DNA of 64,000 bases from Cycas panzhihuaensis (taxonomy: Eukaryota > Plantae > Cycadophyta): NCBI GenBank assembly GCA_023213395.1, contig CM041465.1, forward strand, positions 223,207,741 to 223,271,740, written 5' to 3'. Each line of letters begins with the position of its first letter. Positions within the stretch are counted from its first letter, which is position 1. This document shows, piece after piece, positions 12,976-23,161 of this stretch. The position numbers were made by a program, and so were the translations under genes. The notes under the pieces were generated by a model that made no database searches, was not told where the DNA came from, and was given only the letters and a program-made list of their open reading frames with translations.

Positions 12976-14343
12976 CTAATGTACTTTGTCTTCTTTGAAT
13001 CTCCACCGCCTTGATCTTGGAAAGATCTTGAACACCATGTCTTGGGCATGGTCTTGGTCTTCAACCTTGTAGTGTCTTTTCTGAAGCTGACGATCTTCAA
13101 GCTTTGCTTCTTTCAGCTTCATACATAGTTGAGAATCCTTTGTCATGCTAAACAAGTAGTGAATGATGGCTAATTCCACATGATCCTGCATGTACTCATC
13201 AAAGACATCTATCACCTGTTTACTTCCATTTTCTTCAGTGCGTGAGTGACCAATGTAGACGTTAGCAATATCATCATTATCCAAATGCAGCAATGAGTTG
13301 TCAACTGTTAAGACACCATTATCCTCCCCTGAATCAATGGGTTTATTGAGACAAGTTCCTGCAAGTTGTGTGATATACCCTGTTTTCTTTGTGTCACTCA
13401 AGGAGTTCCATGAACTAAGTATAATGAGAATTCCCATGATGCTCACATGCATATACTTCCTGATTGTGGATATACACACATGGAACATAATTTCAATCTG
13501 ATTGACTTTCACAGTCAGGTAACCTATCCAAAAGGTGATATGAATTCGATAAGCCAGATCCTGATGACATGACATCCTCCTTGTGTTCCTTTGAAAACAA
13601 CTTTCTAATGTCGCTTTAGGATATACTGCTATAATTTTGATCTTTTCAAAAATGGAGAATGTAGCTGAGTTGAGGGAGAACACGGATATTTTCCAATATA
13701 TGCAAATCACTGTATGACCTGTCACCATTTGAATTCTTCCTATCAACTTGTCAACACAAAATAGGATAATATTATCCATACCTTTTGTTAGACAACTCAT
13801 GTCTGCATGAACTATTACTGGCAAAGATTGATACCTAAGATCTTCAGCCCCCAGAGCTGGTTTCTTGATGAGACTCGAGGTATTTGATGGAATCATGGCT
13901 TTGTCTCGCTGCTTTTCCCTTTTTTCTTTTCTCTTCAACTTCTTCCTTTGGTTTTTTGCTCTTTTGATTTTCTGCTGTACTTCTTCAGGTCATTTTTCAT
14001 GCACTTCTGTCAATAGTTTCCAAGCGTCCTCAGCTGAGTCAGTATTCTGCAGAACCTGAATAATGAAGTGATAGGAAGTAGGGAGGTTATCCATATCAAT
14101 AGCTGCAAGTATCACATCAATAACAATCCTGTTTTTCCTTTTAAATATTTCCTCCCCTTCTTCATGAGCCATTTCAGTCCCTATGACAGTTTTCCAAAGT
14201 TTCTTCACTACAAATAGACTTTCCATCCTAATTTTCCAAAATCGAAAATTAGTTCCAATGTATTTGGGCAGAGGAAAGGTGAGATCTGATAACCAATATT
14301 CATTTCTCTCAGGCACAAAAGTGATAATGTCACTTATCTCCAT
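12976..14343 (-). CDS. Copia gag-like frame (456 codons) split by a single TGA at 13992-13990
   Basis: N-terminus PKYIGTNFRFWKIRMESLFVVKKLWKTVIG and AEDAWKLL resemble Copia gag. The two track ORFs are in the same frame, separated by 17 sense codons. Confidence 0.7.
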
Positions 14344-14789
14344 GATGTCAAGAAGTCAATCACAATTTGTAATTCTTAGGACAAAGTTTTAGCAACTTAC
14401 AATAGAGGATATCGTAACAACAATCTGGTCTTAGTGTCAATAGTTTGGGAACAATCAACAGCTGTAGTCCAAGTACCTCCTCAATTAACAGCAACTTGTT
14501 CATTCATTTGTATCACGACACATGTGTGCCCTAAATTCTTCAAGGTAAATGGCTTCAGTTAACTGGACAAGCATACCTTGCAGGATTCAGTCATTACCTT
14601 GAGAAGGATGTTGCTTCAGTTGGGTGTCACAGTCTTCCTTCAAAAAAACTTCTGACAAACAGTGCTCAGATTTGGTCCCACGTCTCTCTTTTCATATACA
14701 GTTTGGTATTATCAGTCATAATCTGCCTTCAGTCCAGAATTTGGGTACAAATTTCACCCACTATGTTCTTCTACAGACTTGCACTTTCT

Positions 14790-14860
14790 ATGGAGGACTG
14801 ACCTCAACTCCTTTGCAATTCTTTAAGCACTTTGGGTGGAAGGTTCTCATTTTCAGCCAT
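14790..14860 (-). pseudogene. UBC22: Captured fragment: N-terminus of ubiquitin-conjugating enzyme E2 S
   Basis: MAENENLPPKVLKE, then AKELR after a frameshift; recalled plant UBC22 reads MASNENLPPNVIKQLAKELK. Confidence 0.7.
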
Positions 14861-15877
14861 TTAGCTCACAGCCTGAAACCTTCAAAGGTTCATGCACTAA
14901 TTTTCTGGTTCATCGAAAAACCAGCACTTGTACCAGGTCACTGACCCATTCTTGAATATCTTTGTCATGCAAATGATGTCTCCATAAGAGTTTGAGACCA
15001 GTCGCTGGAATCCTGGCAACTTCTACAGCACAAATCAGCTTTCTAAGGAAAACAGACAGATCATAACCACGAACAGCCAGCCTGGAAAGCCTCCAGTATT
15101 CCTTCTTCACCAACTGCTTGGTCAAAAGAGCCGCTATCAGGAAACACGGATGAGATGTACTAGATATCCATCCAGCCTCTGCACAGATCGGATTGAAATA
15201 GCGGAATATTTGGGATCGCCCACAACAAAATTGCTCTCAAAGCCAGCCTCACCAAACAAGCAGGCACCGAACAACACAATTCCATCAAAAAGCAAAGCAG
15301 CTGAGTTACTAAATTGATATTGTCTCAGGTGGGTCTAGAAGTTGGTGCCTACGTTTCTGGCAAAACAATATTACTGTTTTTTCTTGCCAAATGGCCAACA
15401 TTACGATACTTGCTACCACGATCACTGTCTCTTTAACGTATGCTAAAAAACATACAGCGGGTTTGATACAGTAGCAAGCCCCCTAAGCCACGCCCCATTA
15501 GACGACTAATTCCATTCCCGCATGGCCCCGAACGAAACATATACCGGCAGGAGAAACTACCTGATTGGGGAACAGAGCACTTGATTGCATGGATCAACAG
15601 ACGAAGAATTCTGATTTCATTTTATTACTCCGAAAGGCATTTTGACGTGTCTTTCATTGACACTTCGTGAGCATGGGGTGGAATAAATGGGCCTTCATAC
15701 CGCCGAACCTCACGAAACCTAAATTTTTGGTGTATAATGCGACTCCTCCTGAAGCATGGCTCAAACAGGTAGGGACGTTTCCTTTCGATATCAATTTCTC
15801 CGTTCCAGCTGAAATTCGCCAAACGTTAACAAGATTGCCAACCATGGGCAACAATAAACCCTAGGAGAACTGTAGAC

Positions 15878-16052
15878 GAGATTGTGACCCTGCAGTGCAG
15901 GCTCTGAAGTACTCTGGGGATACCCACTACTCTACACTGTTGACATCAGTGCATCGTGCATATTTGCTGAAATGTCTCGACAGGAAGCTCTGTTTAGCAA
16001 GGATTCTGAACTGCAACAACTTTTGCACATATTCAGGCTTCGTGGAACTCCT
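15878..16052 (+). pseudogene. CDKB: Captured fragment: B-type cyclin-dependent kinase (subdomains VIII-X)
   Basis: EIVTL..R / EVL.GDTHYST / VDISASCIFAEMSRQEALFSKDSELQQLLHIFRLRGTP, with frameshifts; DSELQQLLHIFRLLGTP is typical of plant CDKB. Confidence 0.88.
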
Positions 16053-16077
16053 TGGAACTCCTTGGATCAACCACTGC

Positions 16078-16164
16078 TTTCAACTCCGCCAATTTCTCTG
16101 TGTTCGCAGTCGCAACAATCCTGGAAGCTCCATTGACTTGCGTGGCAGGCTGGATGACGAGGCT
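16078..16164 (-). pseudogene. Captured fragment: NADPH alkenal/one (quinone) oxidoreductase, MDR family
   Basis: [29 protein letters not shown] versus recalled [29 protein letters not shown]. Confidence 0.72.
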
Positions 16165-16211
16165 GCAGAACCGAACCTGGAGGGAGATGGGTACCAAAGA
16201 GACTTCCTTAT

Positions 16212-16295
16212 GCTTCCAGTGGTGTTGATGTCTATACTGCTCTTGCTGGAGCCACTGGTGCATTATATGGTCCCCTACATGGAGGAGCAAATGAG
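16212..16295 (+). pseudogene. CSY: Captured fragment: peroxisomal/glyoxysomal citrate synthase
   Basis: [28 protein letters not shown] contains the citrate-synthase GPLHGGANE signature. Confidence 0.92.
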
Positions 16296-16309
16296 GTTGT
16301 CTTCTTCAT

Positions 16310-16552
16310 GGAATGCCTCTCAGACGCCGGGGATCCGTGGAGACGTATATATACGCGTTATTTGGTGAGAATATGCGAGATGGACCCGTTCTGGCAGACT
16401 GGGGGTTTATGAATTCGAATATGACGAGGAAGTACCCTTTGGATCTGTCAGGAGGAAGAGCGGAACGACGCTCTGTCTTTCGTATTCTCTGCACTTCGTA
16501 CCTTCTGTTTACTTTGTTCCCCGTGCTGGTCTGGATGACTGTTGGACTGTAA
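16310..16552 (+). pseudogene. Captured fragment: GH17 beta-1,3-glucanase C-terminus, possibly with a GPI-signal-like hydrophobic tail
   Basis: [26 protein letters not shown]...[18 protein letters not shown] matches the GH17 end pattern (GTP..ETYIFALFNEN..GP..WGLF...KY.LDLSG); followed by a hydrophobic tail and a stop. Confidence 0.82.
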
Positions 16553-16571
16553 ATTACAAATCTGGGCAGTT

Positions 16572-16643
16572 GATAAAATTCCTGAGTTCATTGAGGGGGT
16601 GAGAACCAGAAAGAGGCTTATATTTGTTGGAGACTCGCTCAGC
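16572..16643 (+). pseudogene. TBL: Captured fragment: TRICHOME BIREFRINGENCE-LIKE O-acetyltransferase (GDS motif)
   Basis: EFIEGVRTRKRLIFVGDSLS versus the TBL consensus FLE.LRGKRLMFVGDSL. Confidence 0.65.
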
Positions 16644-17458
16644 TGTCACTGTGTAACTGGGCGCCGACTTACTTTGTAGCTGGGCCACTTTCCTGGCTCT
16701 TTTCTGCAAGATCTCCTGGGCGTGGTGCTTTTAATTACAGGCTTAGTTACAGACTTCAACGCCAAGTGAAATGATCAATGGACGTTGATGAAGTATGGGG
16801 CAGAGTGAAGGCACAGACTATAGGCAGGCTTCACAGAGCCTTGGATTGATAGGCACAACAGATATAACTAGAGTATACTGAAGGAGGTAAATACGAATTG
16901 AGATAACCTTTTTAAGTCTTCAAGGCTCCTGCATAAACAACTTGTGGCTTTTGGAGTAAGCTCCACGTCTTTGCTAGGCGCAGAAGCGGAAGTACAGATC
17001 TCGGTGAGATTAAGGTAGCATAGACTTCCTCTTATTATTACGGTACTGACAAGCACAAATAGTTTGGTAGAAGGTTATCAAACCTAAGATGTTAGGGTTT
17101 ATCTCAACAATTCTTATCCTCTGCACAACTCTTATCACAATTTCTCCACAGGCAAGGCAGCATAGATTTCACTCATGACAGTATTTCAAGGACAGATTTT
17201 CATGATCTTGAATCCTCAATATTCTTCAAAACAGATCTTCAGAGAGGATACTTTGCAAACAAGGTTCAAAGACCAATAATTTTTCACATAGCACAAGGGT
17301 GATGTTACCTGGCATGCTCCTTGAAACTTCTCTTCAATCTAGCATCCATTTGATGGAGCCACCTCCTTGCTTGAACGCTTTATCTTCTACTGGACTTCTC
17401 CTCTCTCGATCTTCGTCTCACAATAGCTCTTACAGCAAGATGGCCTGCTCTGATACCA

Positions 17459-17827
17459 TGTTAAGATTTTAACATGGAGAACATTCAACCATAAGAACAA
17501 TATCAACAAACAGAGATCAGCACAATATAATCAGAATGTATTAATATACCGAAAGCACCAAAGACTCAATGTGAGCCTTGATGATGTGATTTGTTTACAT
17601 ACTACCTCAACCACCTTTATATACCAAAGAGGTGGGAGACTAAACATCCCAAGTGGTGCATGTGGGACAAATACCTTTGTCCTGACCTGACTAATAGCAT
17701 TATACCACAAACTTGACCAATAAACTTATATCCTTTTACATAGTATTATAATGACCTTTTGACCCTAAGACTTAGGACTATCACTTATTATCCTAGGACC
17801 CACATACATTAAACATTATTTCTAACA
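17459..17827 (-). repeat. 5' LTR (369 bp)
   Basis: Direct repeat of 12517-12880; followed immediately by the PBS TGGTATCAGAGCA on the minus strand. Confidence 0.95.
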
Positions 17828-20800
17828 ACTCTTGTGAAGATTTCTTAAAAAGTTTTTTTTTTTTTCTTTTTGGAGGGGGTGGAGGGTCTTAAAATCATCA
17901 AAATTTTTTTGGTTGAATTGTTTTAAGTTCCCATCTTAAATATGCAATTGATTGATTTTGACCTAGAATTCCTTCACCAGTATTTGTTGATGATTGAAAA
18001 AGGCTTGCCAAAGAAGGGCCTTCTGTAATGCTATTGCACCATACGGAGTTCCTTGGTTTGGGTCTTGGAACTATTTGAAATATAGCTTTATCTGAGGATG
18101 GGACCTCCTTTATAGGTTGTATTCTTGAAGCTACCTCCTCAAGTTGTTCTTTTGTTGACATTTTAGTAGTTGCCTTAGTGGAAGCTTTGTGGTTATCCCT
18201 ATCATGTGGCATTTTCATTTTTGTTTGCCTTGATACTGTTGTCACAAAACTTACACTCGACATTCTAAAGCATAAATGATAAAGCATTACTTACATAGCC
18301 TGGTTTAGTTAAATTCAAAGGAGGAAGATAAGGTTCATAAATAGGTCTAGAATGAGAAGTCTCCTTGTGATGTAACCCAATGTAAGGCATTCCCATACAT
18401 ATTGCCTCTAGCTCAAGGCTAGAATCGTGCATGATACAAATACCCTCTACAATACTCATCTATGTGGTGGTACTCCTACACACCAATTATAGGAATAGTG
18501 GCTAGGTCTCATTTTTGGACATGGGTACAATCCCATCCTTGGGTAATGACTTTCAGGTGCTCTGGAAACCATCTCCCAATAAACAAAAATTCAATCTTCT
18601 GGCAAAGAGAAAGTTCTTCCTTCAACAAGTGGATTGTTCATCCTTTGACGAGAATTCATTGGACAAATGAATAATCCATCCCTCAGAGGGGAGCAACTTT
18701 AATAGGTGATATTCATACATGTAACTCATGTTATCCAAAATAATCACCTTCTTGGTGGATAACTAGTTACCAAGTTTAGAGACCTATGTCTCAAGGGTGC
18801 CTCATTAATATATTCCATCCTTGTGGACTCTTCCTCTACGGTAAACCATAAATCGAGAGGGATAAATAAGTTTGCAACCTTGTGCATGGGTCACCCTAGT
18901 CTTTTGGTTATCTCACAAGTCATTTCTCATTCCATTCCTGGTTGCTCCTTTATACATTACCATGTATAATTTTATGCTTATCCCAAGAATTCATATGTAG
19001 GAGGCTAAATGCATTAATGTGCATTGAGGGCTACTCATCCTCTAGTACTTCTCCTGCAGGAGACTAGATGCACCAATGTGCATTGTGTACATACCGTACG
19101 AATAGCCAGGTCTTATAAACCATGGTTTTACTGTTTAATGTTGTGGGTTTAGTCTTATGATTAAGAAATTGGCCATAAGTATTGTACCCACAATTATAAA
19201 AATGAATAGCATATCATTCCACCATGGCAATGACAATAAAAATGCAGATACAAAAGAAATCAATTTTCTTTCCATAATATGTTTAATGAACTTGTAAATA
19301 TAACATTTCTTTCTTCACTTCAACAATATCTTCAAAACTTGTAAAGTACACATAGGAATTCATTCATTGTGAACAATAAATGTCACATAACATTCTTTGG
19401 GATTGGATTTAAACCATAGAACTGTGATATACATTATTCCATCATGTGACATACATATTTTTGTTATAATTCAAAAATATAGCACTCTTCTTTTAAAATC
19501 CCCAATTTTTTTTAGCGTATTCTTAATACTCGCTAGGGGTTCGATTTATTTCTGTTTTAGATTTCTTCTAATAGAAATAAATCTGAATGTATATTGCATA
19601 CACATGATTATTACTGCATAACCACAATCCATAAAGTTATGGTTTGAACCATGCAATAGTCTGAATTTTGCTGTAGGAACAGAAATCAGATCTTGACACC
19701 ACTTTCTTCTTTTTGTCATTTATTGTGGTAAAACTAGGGCATCTTATTTTGTAGATTTCAGAACCTAACAAATACCATTTTCCCTTTGCATAACTTCAGA
19801 TTTTTATCTAGAAATGAGATTTCTGTTGTAGAAATTGAAACAGAAATTTCAATTTCAAACACTGGGTTTCAATTTTCCACTTTCTAACATTCACTATGGC
19901 ACATCTGGGCATCCCGCTATTCATGCCAGAACTTTTTTATGCATGCTGAAGTATTAATTTCAATTTTGAAAATTTCTCAGAAATCCTCCAGAATGATTCG
20001 AAAACAAAATTTTCTTAATAAATTTTTAGAGGGACTGAATGGGGCTCACTGAGGGGTGTATGGCCTGCACATTCAGGAGCCACATGGACTTGAGTCTGCA
20101 GCTCCGTACAAGCCCTTAAATGGCAGATTCTGTGCAACTATATACTCTAGCTGTCATTAATGGGCTGTACGGCCTGCTTAAGGCCATACGACCAGAAAAC
20201 AGATCGTAGAGTCCTGTGGGGCCCACATGGACCTCCCACAGACTGTACAGACCTGCTTTCAACCGTACAGATTAAACTGACTTGTACTTCTGTCATCTGG
20301 TCATGTGGGGTCCTCCATTCATTCATATGATAAAAGAGAACAAAATAATTTCTATGATAATTTCTGACAAAAGTCCAAAGTCTACAACAAAGAGTTTTTT
20401 TTTTTCATAACAGTAAATACTGTGAATGTAGATGAGTGCCTTGATCCTCTTTGTATCGACTTTGGTTGCACCTTTCATCGATGAAAAAATGATGAAGTGC
20501 CAGTTGGAGCAGGCCAACTACTCTTTTACTCCTTCTAGCTTCTTGCTTCAGCAGTCTTTTCCTGCTCCTGTTATGACCATCTTATTTGCCTGACTCTAGG
20601 TGTGCTGATATAGGAGAAGATCCTGAAGGAGTCTTGTCTTAGACAAGCTGTGGAGTCGTCTTTGAGCAGATTGCCTTTTTGATAATGAATGGGAGTGTGC
20701 CTTTTCTGCACAACTTTTAATAGTTGACCACTCGTTTAAGTTAATTTGGTTTTTCTGAGTTAAGATGGAGGTTTAATTTCTCTCGTGATACATGATTACA

Positions 20801-22981
20801 ATTAATCACAATTGTGCTTCATTACTCACTATTCTGCCTTGGCTGTTCCTCATCATTTTGCTCATTTCTATTTTCTGGTCGTTACTGTCATCGCGATCGT
20901 TTATGTTTTCTGGCTGCTACCATTGTTTCAGCCAGCTGTTCCGCCCGCTCGGCTGGTCCTTCTATCAGCCATTCTGGTTCTGTTGGTGACATTCAATTGG
21001 TACCATTTCACTGCTTCTTGTATTGTTCTAGAATACTGGTGTTGTTCTGTGTGTTGAGGTGCTGTTCCACACTTTGTTAATGTTGTTCTGCCACTGCCAC
21101 TGCAATTCTAACTAGTGTGTGCTAGTTCTACTCAATATAAAAATGGGAAAGATTGGGAAATGGTAATATTAGAGATAGCAGTAAAAAGAGAGCTCCAGTA
21201 CCATTCTGAAATTTGAATTGCAAAATGGTACAGCATGTACTGTTCTGATTTTCAAAGCAGTACAGCTCCAAAAAAATGCTACACAATCTGAAGGAAGAAA
21301 AGACACAAGAATCTTAGATGTGAGCAAGGCAAGGGGCTTTAAAGCAAGCCAATATGCATATTGGTTTTCTTAGCATCAAATACCGCCAACACACAGCAAG
21401 AGCTCTAACCAGCACTATAATCAGCACTCAACAGGAGGGAAAAGTTATGAGAGGCAATGAAAGACAAGTATGCAGCATCAAATTCATTCCTTATTCATCA
21501 ATCGGTTCACTTACAATTATAATGGCTTGGCAGCCCTGTCAGGGTTGCCAGGATCCTCAACCATGCACAATTCTCTAGCTCTTACCCAACCTGGTCTCTC
21601 CTATGTATGACTTGTCTCATTTTCCTTAAATACATCAATTAGTTGGTTCGGGGGCTAGTCTACTACAATCAATTCCCTCAAATGCATATTACATTAAGAA
21701 CTGTCAATTACATTTATTATTATGCTCATGTGATCCATTTTCTTAATTCACACATTTCATTAGCTATCAATCCGATAACAGCAGGGAAAATTGAGTTGGG
21801 CTTTGGATGGGCAGATGTTTGAGCAAAAAATAAAATTTGCTGGAAGATGCCCATGCTGGAGTGACATGAAATATGAGGGAAGTGCAAAGTTCAGGAAACA
21901 AGATGCTACAAAAATGGGAAGAAATGGCCAAAGCTAAGAAGATGGAAGAACACAAATGTGACATAGATTGGTGAGACATGGAATTATTGGCCAGGGTTAG
22001 AGCAGAGGAAGAAGCAAGAAAACAGATGGGATGAATGGCTGAAGGAGTAATGGCACAAAACAAGTAGCTAAAGGAAGAATTAGAAAAACTGGGTGCAACT
22101 CTGGAAAGCACACCCCTTTCCCAGCAAAGTTTAAATGACCTAGCCCAAGGACATGGATGCAAGGATCAGATGATAGCAGCTGTGGTACTTGACAGGAAGG
22201 AATCATCAAGAGCTCTTTTTGAGGGGAGTGGGATGTTGACTGGCTAATGGTATTGGCCGTTAGTAATAACTGGTTAGGAAAGAATAAGTTGATGTAATGT
22301 ATACTCAAGGGTAAGATTCATGAGTTAGTAATAAAGATATTGATTAAATGGTAACAGTTGGAGGCAACAGTTCACAGTAGCCATTCATCCAATATCTGGG
22401 CAATATATATAGAAGCTTCTCCAATAGGGCAGGGCATGCTTGTATGGGTAGCATTTGATATACGAGAATAAAGTATTGCCAAACATCACTTGGTTCCATT
22501 TTCTGTTCAAGAATGCTAGTGCGTTGTGATGGTATCATATGTTGCATGCAATCACAATGCTGTTTCAATGCCCCAAACCAGATTTTCAACCTCAGGGAAA
22601 TAGATGCTTGACAGAAGCTTGTGGTCTCATGGTTAGTACTTAGTTACTGATCATGAATAATGATTAACTGGTGGTCACATAGCTTAAGCCTAGCTACTGG
22701 TCATATGGCAGGATTGCAATAAATGTTTTGAAGGTAGAGGCTATAATCAAAGAAAACTGTTTGTTTCATCAAGAAAATTCTTCAATATCAGTTGATATTC
22801 ATGCAAATAAGTTTGATATTCATCAGGCCAAAGCAAGGGCTTGTCTTGCTTATCATGAGAATGCTTCTTGCCTTGACAGTGTATAATTGTCTCTGGCAAG
22901 GAGTCTGGCACCATTTCCCTAGACATGGAGGGAAAAATGGAGGCTTCTGTTTATTAAGTTGGTGAAATTTGAAGCATTTAA

Positions 22982-23161
22982 ATGGGTGATGGCTTACAGA
23001 AACAAACTGACTTGTTTTGGGGTGTTTTGCCCAGGTATACCGTTTCTGTGTGGACTTGCTCTAAAATTGCATTGGCAAGTTTTACTCTTGGAGTTATTGT
23101 TGGATTTTCATTGAACAGACGTTTCCGACGATGGGCTAAACGCTGGCTGGATAAATCATGA
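22982..23161 (+). CDS. Small single-TM protein (59-aa ORF), or the last exon (23035-23161) of a host gene or pseudogene
   Basis: MGDGLQKQTDLFWGVLPRYTVSVWTCSKIALASFTLGVIVGFSLNRRFRRWAKRWLDKS*: hydrophobic helix plus basic tail. A possible 77-nt GT..AG intron at 22958-23034 has a CTGAC branch site. T-rich 3'-UTR-like sequence follows. Confidence 0.55.
   Translation: MGDGLQKQTDLFWGVLPRYTVSVWTCSKIALASFTLGVIVGFSLNRRFRRWAKRWLDKS

Larger units (their letters stand above)
12517..17827 (-). mobile_element. Young non-autonomous Copia-derived LTR element (TR-GAG-like) carrying captured host gene fragments
   Basis: LTRs 12517-12880 and 17459-17827 (TG...CA) differ only by one 5-bp duplication and one substitution. 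TSD ACTCT at 12512-16 and 17828-32; PBS 17458-17446; PPT TAAGGGGAGG 12890-12881. No RT or INT motifs seen. Confidence 0.95.

Noticed and set aside
15895-16368. 157-aa track ORF as a real gene
   Set aside because: It crosses four different captured fragments mostly out of frame; a chance open frame in mosaic DNA.
17833-18900. Minus-strand 129-aa ORF and flanks as a host gene
   Set aside because: No recognisable domain; continuous with the degraded sequence left of 12517 and likely an old retroelement relic used as the insertion target.
19100-20320. Possible MITE or DNA-transposon remnants (GAAATT/TTTCAATTT-rich tract; CTGTAC-type repeats)
   Set aside because: No convincing TIR pair or TSD could be identified by eye.
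21770-22640. Coding-like, purine-rich stretch with coiled-coil character
   Set aside because: Multiple stops and no recognisable family motif; probably a decayed TE ORF.
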